Part shown: piece after piece, positions 23,712 through 32,000 of the stretch
How the letters are laid out: each line of letters starts with the position of its first letter
How positions within the stretch are numbered: position 1 is the stretch's first letter
DNA from: Candidatus Arthromitus sp. SFB-mouse-Japan
GTDB taxonomy: Bacteria > Bacillota > Clostridia > Clostridiales > Clostridiaceae
Direction: 5' to 3'
Assembly (NCBI RefSeq): GCF_000270205.1
Contig: NC_015913.1
Coordinates: 1,050,001 to 1,082,000, forward strand
DNA length: 32,000 bases
The notes under the pieces: generated by a model
The model's input: only the letters and a program-made list of their open reading frames with translations
What the model was told of the DNA's origin: nothing
Database searches by the model: none
Made by a program: the position numbers and the translations under genes

Positions 23712-25322
23712 ATGAAAAATATAGAAAATAATAATTTATTTCCAATAAGTTTATTAATAGATCGAATCATTTCTAAATTTAACCCCACAAATTGCAACAA
23801 CTTACATATAGTTTATTCTCTTGTATTTGATAATCAAGATCCTATTTATTTGGAAGTTAAAGATGGATTTTGTAAACTTTTAGATCATATCCCTTCACAC
23901 ATAAATACGACAATCAAAACAACTCACGCAATTTGGCAAAAAATTTGCTTAAATGAAGCATCACTACAACACGCATTAGAAGAAAATCTAGTTAAATGTG
24001 ATGGAGAAATCAAAAATTATATGTTGCTATGCAACTTACTCAATAAAGATTTACCTGATGATATCAAAAACTCTAATGCATTCTCAATTACTAAAACAAC
24101 AACTGAAGAAATCAGTACAGAAAATAAAGAATTGCTACCACACCCAAATACCATAACGAAAATTGAAACTCCTTCAAATATCATAACTATAACAGAAACT
24201 CAAAATCCTGAAGTCAAAATAAATGGATCTACCCCTATAGATAACACAGCAATAGCAAACTTAGATAATTTAAAAAATAAGAACGTGGAAATACAAGATA
24301 AGAAAGTTCACAAACGTCAAAAAAAGAAGAAAGAAGAAAAGAAATGCAAGAAAATTATTGTCAAAGAAAATAAAAAACCTCAAAAAATAAAAGCTCCTAA
24401 ACCACCAAAAGTTAAAAATAAATATAAAAATTTTATTTCAGCTAATTCCCTATTAAGTGTAATGGTAGCCAACTTCAACCCTACACAATCAAATAATCTA
24501 AATCTATCATATAAATTTATATTTGAAAATTCAAAACCAATTTATCTTGAAATTAAAAATAAAACCGCAAAATTACGTCATCGATTTAATGAGGAAGTAA
24601 ACACTACAATAACATCAACTTATAAAACATGGTATGAAATTATTTTTAAGGATTTAAAAATTGAAACTGCATTATTAGATGGAAAAATTAAATGCGATGG
24701 GGAAGTCAAAAATTTAAAAATTTTACGTGAATTATTTAAAACTAATAGTGAAAACAAACAACTAAAAACAACAAATTTAAATCTCAATCCTATTATTTGG
24801 TTTGTACTCGCTATAATACCATGGTTATTTTACTGGATAGGTATAGATACTTTTAATTCACTAATTACTTCTACATTTGCAATACTATACACTACAATTT
24901 TTGTAACATTTATAAAACCCTCAAAGTTTAGAAAAATTACAAAACTTGAAGCATTAACATTAATTGTCTTTCCATTTTACAATCTATTTAATGTATTAAA
25001 TCCAGTAGTATTTAATGAAATAGTCTCATCTTTTTTTCTTAACATAATACTAATTTTGATGTTCTTTATGAGTTCAGGATGTGAAATATCAGCTATGTCA
25101 GAATATTCTGAAATTTCATACAATTCTACAATTTCTGAAACACTGTTATTTAAGATTATAAATAAAAATTTAACAATATTATGGTCAATTATATTTACAA
25201 TTAGATTTATTTTATCCTTGATTTTAGAAACACCTCTATATAATGTATCTTATATATTTATTATATTAGGAATAATTATTTCATGGATATATTTAAAATT
25301 AAAACTTAATATTAAGGACTAA
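23712..25322 (+). CDS. Membrane protein with two N-terminal SCP2 (sterol-carrier-protein-2-like) lipid-binding domains, a Lys-rich linker and a C-terminal ~6-TM domain
   Basis: The ATG at 23712 lies 7 nt after AGGAGTG; the track's TTG at 23652 lacks an RBS. Two homologous modules are present: ..NLHIVYSLVFDNQDPIYLEVKDG...NTTIKTTHAIWQKI...ASLQHALEENLVKCDGEIKNYMLLCNLL and ..NLNLSYKFIFENSKPIYLEIKNK...NTTITSTYKTWYEI...KIETALLDGKIKCDGEVKNLKILRELF. Both fit the SCP2 pattern (..Y.f......yl.l.......t.t.s...w..i..g.l....A...Gk.k..Gd......l..lf). The C-terminal 180 aa are hydrophobic helices. Confidence 0.6.
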   Translation: MKNIENNNLFPISLLIDRIISKFNPTNCNNLHIVYSLVFDNQDPIYLEVKDGFCKLLDHIPSHINTTIKTTHAIWQKICLNEASLQHALEENLVKCDGEIKNYMLLCNLLNKDLPDDIKNSNAFSITKTTTEEISTENKELLPHPNTITKIETPSNIITITETQNPEVKINGSTPIDNTAIANLDNLKNKNVEIQDKKVHKRQKKKKEEKKCKKIIVKENKKPQKIKAPKPPKVKNKYKNFISANSLLSVMVANFNPTQSNNLNLSYKFIFENSKPIYLEIKNKTAKLRHRFNEEVNTTITSTYKTWYEIIFKDLKIETALLDGKIKCDGEVKNLKILRELFKTNSENKQLKTTNLNLNPIIWFVLAIIPWLFYWIGIDTFNSLITSTFAILYTTIFVTFIKPSKFRKITKLEALTLIVFPFYNLFNVLNPVVFNEIVSSFFLNIILILMFFMSSGCEISAMSEYSEISYNSTISETLLFKIINKNLTILWSIIFTIRFILSLILETPLYNVSYIFIILGIIISWIYLKLKLNIKD

Positions 25323-25350
25323 AATATATTAATATTTTAGTCCTTTTTTA
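25315..25350 (+). terminator. Rho-independent terminator overlapping the stop codon of the SCP2 membrane-protein gene
   Basis: AGGACTAAAATAT (25315-25327) / ATATTTTAGTCCT (25332-25344) with a 4-nt loop, followed by TTTTTTA. Confidence 0.75.
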
Positions 25351-25376
25351 TTTACATTTAGTTTTATTTTTTAATA

Positions 25377-25405
25377 TTGACGTAATGTTAATTATTTTTT
25401 ATACT
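25377..25405 (+). promoter_or_regulatory. Sigma-A-type promoter of the symporter gene
   Basis: -35 TTGACG (25377-25382), 17-nt spacer, -10 TATACT (25400-25405). The predicted leader is about 100 nt. Confidence 0.5.
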
Positions 25406-25511
25406 ATTCCTGCAGTCACATTTTTGCATAAAACCAAAAAGTATTACAAAAAAAATATCACATAGTAATAAAAAATATTAAATTTTTCTAAAGGGTTGGT
25501 GATTTATTTCA

Positions 25512-26903
25512 ATGGAAAATTCATTTCTGAGTGGATTTTTAATGGTAAGCAATCCTTTAACGCTTACATTTTTAGTTTCATTAATACTATTGTTTGGCAT
25601 CATGGTATTCTTGAAGAAAAAACATATAAGCTTTTCAATCAGAACAATAATAGGGACAATTATCGGTATTTTATTGGGTGTGGTAATCCAGTTAGTATCT
25701 AGAACTCCTGAGAATCCACTAGATATTACTTGGATTAATGAAACAACAAAATGGTATTCACTATTTGGTAATGGATTTATCGATTTGATAAGAATGATTG
25801 TTATTCCTCTAATTGTTATATCAATTATTCATGTTATTATTTCAATTAAAAATTCATCAAATATAAAAAACCTCACATCAAAAACCATTTTCGGATTTAT
25901 TGTAAATGTTCTTATAGCATCCATTATAGGTATAGTAGTTGCCCAATTGTTCAAATTAGGAATATCAGGAAATGTAGTTTCTTCATCTGTAAAGATAAAA
26001 GAAGTTAAAAATTTCGTTGATATACTAAGAAATTTAATTCCAAAAAATCCAATTGAAGCAATGGTTAATACAAATATAATTGCTGTTGTAATTTTTTCTG
26101 CATTTGTTGGGATTGCAACCAAAAAGATGGCTTCAATTTATAAAACTCAAATCAGTACTTTTGTTAATTTAATTGATGCTCTTCATAAAATAATAGTTAG
26201 TATTGCAATGTCAATAATAAGTCTAATACCTTACGCAGTTATTCCACTAATGGCGAATTCAATTGCACAACGAGGTTTAAAATCAATTTTAGAAGTTTTG
26301 ACATTTATAGTAGCTATGTATGTTGCAATGGCCATAATGTTTGTGGTTCATTTGATAGCCTTATCGATATTTGGATTAAATCCGATTATCTATTTAAAAA
26401 AATCTATCGCTCCTCTGTTCCTTGCATTCACTTCAAGATCTAGCCTAGGAACGCTACCTGTTGCCGTTGAATCTTTAACAGATTCTATGGGTGCTACTGA
26501 CTCAACTTCCGCCTTTGTTATGGGGCTTGGTTCTACAGCAGGACAGGCTGGTTGTGCCGGAGTGTTTGGTGCAATGGTTATCATTACTATAGCAAATATG
26601 AGTTCTACACCAATGACATTTTCATTTTATTTAATGTCGGTTTTAGTTGTAACTATAAGCTCATTTGGTATTGCAGGTATCCCTGGTGGTGGACATACTG
26701 TTGCCTCATCAGTTTTATCTGGTACGGGATTAGCTCCATATTTTGAACTTGTTGGACCAATATTAGCTGTTGATCCTATAATAGATATGGGGAGAACACT
26801 TTTAAATATAAACGGTGCTATGACCATATCACTAATTGTTGATAAATCATTAAATCAACTAGATATAGAAAAGTTTAACAATGAGAGTCTAAAAATAAAT
26901 TAA
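25512..26903 (+). CDS. tcyP: Dicarboxylate/amino-acid:cation symporter (DAACS) family, TcyP-like (L-cystine type)
   Basis: 463 aa, colinear with B. subtilis TcyP/YhcL as I recall it (..GLNPI.YLKK..P....AFTSRSS.G..P......). RBS AAAGGGTTGGTG precedes the start. Confidence 0.7.
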   Translation: MENSFLSGFLMVSNPLTLTFLVSLILLFGIMVFLKKKHISFSIRTIIGTIIGILLGVVIQLVSRTPENPLDITWINETTKWYSLFGNGFIDLIRMIVIPLIVISIIHVIISIKNSSNIKNLTSKTIFGFIVNVLIASIIGIVVAQLFKLGISGNVVSSSVKIKEVKNFVDILRNLIPKNPIEAMVNTNIIAVVIFSAFVGIATKKMASIYKTQISTFVNLIDALHKIIVSIAMSIISLIPYAVIPLMANSIAQRGLKSILEVLTFIVAMYVAMAIMFVVHLIALSIFGLNPIIYLKKSIAPLFLAFTSRSSLGTLPVAVESLTDSMGATDSTSAFVMGLGSTAGQAGCAGVFGAMVIITIANMSSTPMTFSFYLMSVLVVTISSFGIAGIPGGGHTVASSVLSGTGLAPYFELVGPILAVDPIIDMGRTLLNINGAMTISLIVDKSLNQLDIEKFNNESLKIN

Positions 26904-26943
26904 ACACTTTGTAAAAATAAAACATAAAACAATCCAAAAATGA

Positions 26944-26969
26944 CGGGTATAGATTTTTATCTATACCCG
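26944..26969. terminator. Bidirectional rho-independent terminator (tcyP-like gene / sigF)
   Basis: CGGGTATAGAT (26944-26954) / ATCTATACCCG (26959-26969) with loop TTTT, flanked by A-rich sequence on the left and CTTTG on the right. Confidence 0.7.
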
Positions 26970-27004
26970 CTTTGAAAATATAAAAATCTTCTAACATTCA
27001 AAAA

Positions 27005-27766
27005 TTAATACTCTTTCAAAATTCCTTTTAGCTTTGCTAATACCCTTTTTTCAATACGAGAAACCTGTACCTGACTAATTCCAAGTACAGATGCTACTTG
27101 AATTTGTGTCTTATCTTTAAAATATCTAAGCATTATAATTTGCCTACTTTTTTCATCAAGTTTACTTATCATTTCTTTTAACACGAGCCTATTTAAAATA
27201 ATTGAATCATCAGAAACTTTTTCTTCAATTTTATCGATCAAAAGAATTGGTGATCCGTCGTCTTGATGTACAGTATCGTATAAATACTGCGTACTTGAAC
27301 AAGAATCTATAGCCAAAATTATATCATCAACACTTAATTTAGTATATTCAGCCAATTCATAAACCGTTGGTTCTCTATTCAATTCTTTTGTAAGCTCATC
27401 ACGCTTAAACATTATTTTTCTTGATATCCCTTTTACATTTCTACTAATTTTAACGATTCCATCATCTCTCAAAAACCTTTTTATTTCACCCAAAATCATA
27501 GGAACCGCATAAGTAGAGAATTTAACATTATAATCGCTATTAAAATTTTTAATAGCTTTAATAAGTCCAAGTGCTCCAACTTGGTAAATATCATCATAAT
27601 CATATCCCCTACCTAAAAATTTTTTACTTAGTGATGCAACTAATGGTAAATTAATTTCCAAGAGCAAATCTTCAGCTTTTTTATCTCCATCTTTAACTCT
27701 CTTTAAGAGCTCATCATTTTCATAATGACGTAAAGTATTACTGGAGACTGCATTTTCATGTGCCAT
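27005..27766 (-). CDS. sigF: Sporulation sigma factor SigF (SpoIIAC)
   Basis: 253 aa with sigma-70 regions 2-4 (DLLLEINLPLV, YDDIYQVGALGLIKAIKNF, STYAVPMILGEIKRFLRD, QVASVLGISQVQVSRIEK). It is the third gene after spoIIAA and spoIIAB. Confidence 0.95.
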   Translation of the reverse strand: MAHENAVSSNTLRHYENDELLKRVKDGDKKAEDLLLEINLPLVASLSKKFLGRGYDYDDIYQVGALGLIKAIKNFNSDYNVKFSTYAVPMILGEIKRFLRDDGIVKISRNVKGISRKIMFKRDELTKELNREPTVYELAEYTKLSVDDIILAIDSCSSTQYLYDTVHQDDGSPILLIDKIEEKVSDDSIILNRLVLKEMISKLDEKSRQIIMLRYFKDKTQIQVASVLGISQVQVSRIEKRVLAKLKGILKEY

Positions 27767-27778
27767 TATACACTCACC

Positions 27779-28225
27779 TTACTTTTTTATATACTTTACC
27801 ATTCTAATATGAGTTCCTTTATCCTTGCCACTCTCCACATATAATTCATCCATAAAGCTTTCCATCACAGAAAATCCCATACCTGAACGCTCAAGATCAG
27901 GTCTTGATGTATACAAAGGCTCTCTTGCCTGAACAATATCATCAATTCCACATCCATGGTCTATAACACTTATTATAACTTTGTATTTGTCATTTTCATT
28001 TTCTTCTTCATCTTCGATACTAACATTAATAATCACATTAGTACTTTTATCTTCATTATAGCCATGTATTATAGCATTAGTAACAGCTTCTGATACTGCA
28101 GTTTTAACATCACTAATCTCTTCGAGCGTTGGGTCCAATTGAGCAATAAACGCAGCAACAGCAACCCTAGCAAAACTTTCATTGCTAGATCTACTGCTTA
28201 AAGTTAAACTCATAGTATTTTGCAT
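27779..28225 (-). CDS. spoIIAB: Anti-sigma F factor / serine kinase SpoIIAB
   Basis: ..[42 protein letters not shown]...[15 protein letters not shown].. matches SpoIIAB. The ATG at 28225 follows GGGGGA. Confidence 0.92.
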   Translation of the reverse strand: MQNTMSLTLSSRSSNESFARVAVAAFIAQLDPTLEEISDVKTAVSEAVTNAIIHGYNEDKSTNVIINVSIEDEEENENDKYKVIISVIDHGCGIDDIVQAREPLYTSRPDLERSGMGFSVMESFMDELYVESGKDKGTHIRMVKYIKK

Positions 28226-28235
28226 ACAAATCCCC

Positions 28236-28580
28236 CTAAGCATTATTCATAACCTCTGTCAAATCACTATGTATTTTCACAATCTTACTAATACCCGACA
28301 ATTCAATAACTTTTTTGATCGTTTTATTCAAATTAATTAAAAACACTTGTCCATTCTTAGCTGTTATTTTCTTATGTCTTCCGATTATTATTCCAATACC
28401 TGAACTATCCATAAACGAAACGTTTTTAAAATCAAAAACTAAATTTTTAGAAGTGGACGTATCTATGTAGTAATCTATTTTTATCCTTATGTATTCAGCC
28501 GAATGATGATCTAATTCTCCATTAAGATAAGCTACAATGGTATTATTTTGTTCTTCACAAAAAACTTCCAAAAAAAACAT
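28236..28580 (-). CDS. spoIIAA: Anti-anti-sigma F factor SpoIIAA (STAS domain)
   Basis: ..[11 protein letters not shown]......[23 protein letters not shown].. contains the phosphorylatable Ser in the DSSG motif. Confidence 0.9.
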   Translation of the reverse strand: MFFLEVFCEEQNNTIVAYLNGELDHHSAEYIRIKIDYYIDTSTSKNLVFDFKNVSFMDSSGIGIIIGRHKKITAKNGQVFLINLNKTIKKVIELSGISKIVKIHSDLTEVMNNA

Positions 28581-28681
28581 CCTTTCTAAAAAACGAATTT
28601 GGGATATCTTGAATATGTAAAAATTTTACAATATTATAATAATAAATTCAACATAAAAATATAAATATTTTCTATATTATA

Positions 28682-28720
28682 ATAAAAAAATTTCAGTACA
28701 CAAAATTTTATGTACTGAAA
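28682..28720 (-). terminator. Rho-independent terminator upstream of the spoIIA operon
   Basis: Minus strand: TTTCAGTACA (28720-28711) - 10-nt loop - TGTACTGAAA (28700-28691), followed by TTTTTTT. Confidence 0.7.
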
Positions 28721-28727
28721 ACTTCTA

Positions 28728-29390
28728 CTACTTTGTTAATTGTATAATCTTAACAATATCATTTATTTTATATATCAAATGATCACTATTTTTCATAACA
28801 AGAGATATATTTTCATCTTCATAAAGTTTCTTGAATAGTTTCAATTTGTGTTCAACATCTAGTAAAAATTTTTCATTTACTGCTTGTACCGATACGTCAT
28901 TCTTATATGTAACTGAATCATTTATTTTTCCTAATATAAAAGATAAAACACTGTCTAAATCTTCATTTAATAAATACAAATAAATTTCAACAATACATAA
29001 AAGATCAATTTCTTCCAAAAGGTCAACAAGCTTTACACACAAATTGATATCAAACTTATTTTTTAATGTCATCCCTCTTAATATAGAACTTATATGAAAT
29101 AAAATATTTTTTACATCATCGTTACTAAAAATCCCATTACAAATATTTTTGATATGTCCAACATTGATAGATCTATTTCTAATGTGAGCATTTAAGTTTA
29201 GTTGATTAATATAGCTTCTTACGATTTCAAAAATTCTCCCCGAAAAATCGCTAAATAATTTATAGAAAGTATTTCGAAATTCGTTTAATACTTTTGAATA
29301 ATCAAAGGAATCCTCTAAGTCATTTAATAATTCTATAGCATTATGACCTTCATTAAATAAGAAAAAATATCTTTCATTGCAGTATTTCAT
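28728..29390 (-). CDS. Hypothetical protein (220 aa, predicted all-alpha, no TM segment or signal peptide)
   Basis: Long ORF with its own terminator. I recognise no family. The weak RBS context is only AAGGAG-like (TAAGGAGTAAAAATCAG-ATG). Confidence 0.5.
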   Translation of the reverse strand: MKYCNERYFFLFNEGHNAIELLNDLEDSFDYSKVLNEFRNTFYKLFSDFSGRIFEIVRSYINQLNLNAHIRNRSINVGHIKNICNGIFSNDDVKNILFHISSILRGMTLKNKFDINLCVKLVDLLEEIDLLCIVEIYLYLLNEDLDSVLSFILGKINDSVTYKNDVSVQAVNEKFLLDVEHKLKLFKKLYEDENISLVMKNSDHLIYKINDIVKIIQLTK

Positions 29391-29487
29391 CTGATTTTTA
29401 CTCCTTATTTATTACCAAATTATTAACTAATTATTATTATTTTAACATATTATTTACTTTTTCTTCAATATATTTTGATCTAAAAAA

Positions 29488-29512
29488 CAAAAAAAACCTC
29501 CTTCAGGAGGTT
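29488..29512 (-). terminator. Rho-independent terminator of the M28 peptidase gene
   Basis: Minus strand: AACCTCC-TGAA-GGAGGTT (29512-29495) followed by a T-run (TTTTTTGTTTTTT). It begins immediately after the stop codon. Confidence 0.75.
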
Positions 29513-30454
29513 TTAAATACCAGTCAATATAAATTCTTTAATTAAACTTATATATCCTACTAAATGTTCTCTTATTCTTTCATCAAAAAAGTTCTCTAAA
29601 AAATTCATGTTATCCATTGGAGTGTGAATTATTCTTCCGAACATTTCAGTTTGTGTACGTCCATCATTCTCCCCAATGTTCCAATTTGTAGATTCAAAAT
29701 ACAGAACAGGTATTCCAACTTCAAAAAACGGATAATAATCACTTTTAGTATTTGTAAAGCTTAACTCTTCCCCATCTCTAGGATTAATCATTATATCTAT
29801 CTCCATATTTTGAGCTACTTCTATCAGCTTTTGCAAAAATATATTGTCTATTTCATCAATTTTTTCATCTTTATAAACATTATAAACATACATATTATCA
29901 CCAGATAGTAATGTATCTAAATTAATCATATACTTTATTTTTTCCTTATCAGAATCACTTAATGATTCAACATAATTATATGATCCATGAAGTCCTCGTC
30001 CTAATAAATTTATCTCTTCAGCTCCAAAAAATATAAATTTCAAATCATAATGGGTTTGTGTATTTCGGAATATTTCGCAAAGTTCTAAAAGCGTAGCAAT
30101 TCCAGAAGCATTATCATCGAATGCATTACCTTCAATACGTCCGTCATAGTGTGCACCTAAAATTATAACTTTTGAAGAATCAAGACCTTTTTTATTTACC
30201 TCAATGTTTGCAGTTTCATATCCATCAACATCAAATTTATGAATATCTACTTCATATCCTAAATCTTTCAGGGTCTTTTCTATATAATTTCTAGAATTTA
30301 TTTCACTTTGTGTAACTAATGCTCTACTTCCTATTAATGAAAATTTCAATAAATGTCTATATGCAATATCTCCATTAATTGCCATAACATTAAGTAAATC
30401 AAAATTACAAATCAATATTATAAAAACTACAACTATTTGTATATATTTTTTCAA
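29513..30454 (-). CDS. Secreted M28-family metallo-aminopeptidase
   Basis: N-terminal signal/anchor (IQIVVVFIILICNF) and Zn-ligand motifs of M28 (GAHYDG, DDNASGIATLLEL, FIFFGAEE). TTG start. Confidence 0.85.
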   Translation of the reverse strand: MKKYIQIVVVFIILICNFDLLNVMAINGDIAYRHLLKFSLIGSRALVTQSEINSRNYIEKTLKDLGYEVDIHKFDVDGYETANIEVNKKGLDSSKVIILGAHYDGRIEGNAFDDNASGIATLLELCEIFRNTQTHYDLKFIFFGAEEINLLGRGLHGSYNYVESLSDSDKEKIKYMINLDTLLSGDNMYVYNVYKDEKIDEIDNIFLQKLIEVAQNMEIDIMINPRDGEELSFTNTKSDYYPFFEVGIPVLYFESTNWNIGENDGRTQTEMFGRIIHTPMDNMNFLENFFDERIREHLVGYISLIKEFILTGI

Positions 30455-30476
30455 TCATACACACCCCTTCCGAGAA

Positions 30477-32000
30477 TCATTTTCTCAAAATTATTTCATC
30501 ATAATAAAATGTTTTAAATACATTAGTCGAATTTATTCCAAAAATTCTTCCATTATAAGCATCAAACTTTTTACGTTGAAATAATGGAATTACTGGCAAA
30601 TCTTCTCTAAGAATTTCATAAGCTTCAAGATAAAAATTTCTATTTGCTTCTATATCAAAATTTGTATCTATATTCGTTAATAATTCATCTAAGCTTTGAT
30701 TGGAGTAAGAAAAATAATTGTTTACTCCCGATGTATAAAAACTCTTGTACCAATTGCTGCCATAAGTAAACTCATCATCAACCAAAAACAAATCATAATT
30801 ATGTTTTCTTGCACTCACATCTGAAAAATCATTAATATTGACATATTCTTTAATCAATGAAATTCCAATATTTTTAAGATTATTTTCTATTATCGGAAAA
30901 ATATCTTGACATATGGAACTATTTTCCTGAACCAAAATATTAAATTGCAGAGCCTTACCATCTTTTTCTAAAATTCCAGATTTATTTTTAACCCATCCAT
31001 GTTCATTTAAAATTCTGACTGCTTCGTTCTTGTTAAAATCATTTTTCATATTATCTTTATCATAAAAAAATTTTTGAAATGCTCCATCAATTGGAGCATC
31101 TATAATATTAAAATTTTTATCCGATATATTCTTTACAATTTGGTTTTTATCTATACATACATTAATTGCTTTCCTGATAGAAATATCTTTCAATAATTCA
31201 TTTGAATGATTTATTCCGATAGAACCATAATCATATGTATCAAACATATATCCATTTAAAAATTGAGCATTTGATGCCTCTTCAATATTTTCATTATTTG
31301 GCAAAATATCATATGCTATATCAATATTTCCAGATATCAAATTATTTATATACGATTTTTCATCAACCTTTTTAAAAGTTAATGTTGAAATATCACTTTT
31401 ATCCTTGTAATAATAATCATTAGTTTTAAGAATCAAATAATCATCTTCATAAGCAAAAAATTTAAATACTCCATTACCAAAAGGTTTTAAATTTTTTTCA
31501 ACAATATCATTTGCTTTCCCTTGATAATAATATTGACCATAATATATGTAAGAAAGAGGATAAATATTTAAAAGTCCAATTGTTTGAATACTTGGATTTT
31601 CCACATTGACTCTAAAATTATAATCATCTATAATTTCAATTCCTTCAATTGTGTTACTTGTTCCACTGTTATAATCTCTCCAATTTTTTAAGTTCAATGT
31701 TTCTCGATCAAAACTTCCTCTATAATCTCCATCCATTAAAAATTTATATGTAAAATCAATGTCTTTTGTCGTCAACTTTGTTCCATCTTCCCATAATAAA
31801 TTCTCTTTCAATGAAAACAAATAAGTTTTCTTATCTTCCGAAACTGTAGGAAGTTGTTTTAAAATATTTGGATAAAACTCACCATCATATCCTACCTTCA
31901 TTAAAGGTTCCCAGATAGCATCAATCACATAATAATCAGATTTAGACTCAACGAAATATGGATTAAAATTAAACTTGCCTAAAAACTTCACACCAACATT
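30477..32000 (-). CDS. ABC transporter substrate-binding protein, family 5 (peptide/nickel, OppA/DppA-like); the 5' end lies outside the window
   Basis: The frame stays open to base 32000 (..NVGVKFLGKFNFNPYF..). Its size and pattern (..W.DG..lT..D..FT......) fit SBP_bac_5. Confidence 0.8.
   Translation of the reverse strand, partial: NVGVKFLGKFNFNPYFVESKSDYYVIDAIWEPLMKVGYDGEFYPNILKQLPTVSEDKKTYLFSLKENLLWEDGTKLTTKDIDFTYKFLMDGDYRGSFDRETLNLKNWRDYNSGTSNTIEGIEIIDDYNFRVNVENPSIQTIGLLNIYPLSYIYYGQYYYQGKANDIVEKNLKPFGNGVFKFFAYEDDYLILKTNDYYYKDKSDISTLTFKKVDEKSYINNLISGNIDIAYDILPNNENIEEASNAQFLNGYMFDTYDYGSIGINHSNELLKDISIRKAINVCIDKNQIVKNISDKNFNIIDAPIDGAFQKFFYDKDNMKNDFNKNEAVRILNEHGWVKNKSGILEKDGKALQFNILVQENSSICQDIFPIIENNLKNIGISLIKEYVNINDFSDVSARKHNYDLFLVDDEFTYGSNWYKSFYTSGVNNYFSYSNQSLDELLTNIDTNFDIEANRNFYLEAYEILREDLPVIPLFQRKKFDAYNGRIFGINSTNVFKTFYYDEIILRK

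Noticed and set aside
24290-24430. A-rich tract (poly-Lys codons, runs of A7-A8) considered as a slippery or phase-variable site.
   Set aside because: The runs are interrupted by G every few bases, and the reading frame is intact on both sides. It is most simply a Lys-rich linker.
25496-25702. 68-aa ORF overlapping the start of the TcyP-like gene in another frame.
   Set aside because: The 463-aa frame has full-length transporter homology and an RBS. The short ORF has neither.
28581-28727. Expected sigma-H promoter and Spo0A boxes upstream of spoIIAA.
   Set aside because: I could not find a convincing AGGA(n)..GAAT sigma-H pattern or a TGTCGAA 0A box on the correct strand. Only partial matches such as ACGAA are present, so no feature is reported.
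1-32000. Looked for CRISPR repeats, tRNA/rRNA genes, riboswitch or T-box leaders, transposases, integrases, phage genes and classical defence-system genes.
   Set aside because: No regularly spaced direct repeats, cloverleaf-like segments, long structured GC-enriched leaders or recognisable mobile or defence protein families were seen. The window looks like core or metabolic-accessory chromosome.

Overview
Very AT-rich chromosomal segment from an endospore-forming Firmicute. It looks Clostridium-like because spoIIAA-spoIIAB-sigF is present. It is densely coding, mostly on the minus strand. I saw no rRNA, tRNA, CRISPR array, transposase or integrase. All homology calls come from reading the translated ORFs and recalling families; no database search was run.

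Gene blocks, left to right:
1. 3' end of an RqcH/FbpA NFACT gene and a small Cys-rich ORF.
2. A heme/iron-type ABC importer (lipoprotein SBP, FecCD permease, ATPase) followed by a HutZ/HugZ-like gene, with a Fur-box-like site upstream.
3. ahpC.
4. Two overlapping half-size EamA/DMT genes.
5. A cellobiose-type PTS operon: EIIB, EIIC, an untracked 57-aa membrane ORF, a GH1 6-phospho-beta-glucosidase and a DUF3284-like gene. A GH4 6-phospho-beta-glucosidase is transcribed divergently.
6. An ascorbate(ula)-like PTS operon with a divergent DeoR regulator: ulaG, EIIA, EIIC, EIIB, a 344-aa unknown, araD/ulaF, ulaE.
7. cutC plus a small basic ORF, and a DUF454/YbaN-like gene.
8. A single-domain haemoglobin, then a second globin fused to an MgsA/RarA C-terminal-like domain, co-oriented with an orphan PTS EIIC.
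9. A penicillin-V-acylase/bile-salt-hydrolase-like Ntn hydrolase, divergent from a membrane protein with two SCP2 lipid-binding domains.
10. A TcyP-like symporter.
11. The spoIIA operon.
12. An unknown 220-aa gene, an M28 peptidase and a truncated family-5 SBP.

Most notable observations:
- The globin/MgsA_C-like fusion, which has no AAA+ module.
- The acylase / tandem-SCP2 gene pair.
- The ula-like operon lacks a UlaD decarboxylase and has an unknown FG-GAP-like cytoplasmic protein in its place.
- Both ulaG and araD carry an in-frame TGA at conserved N-terminal positions. TGA is clearly a real stop codon elsewhere in the window.
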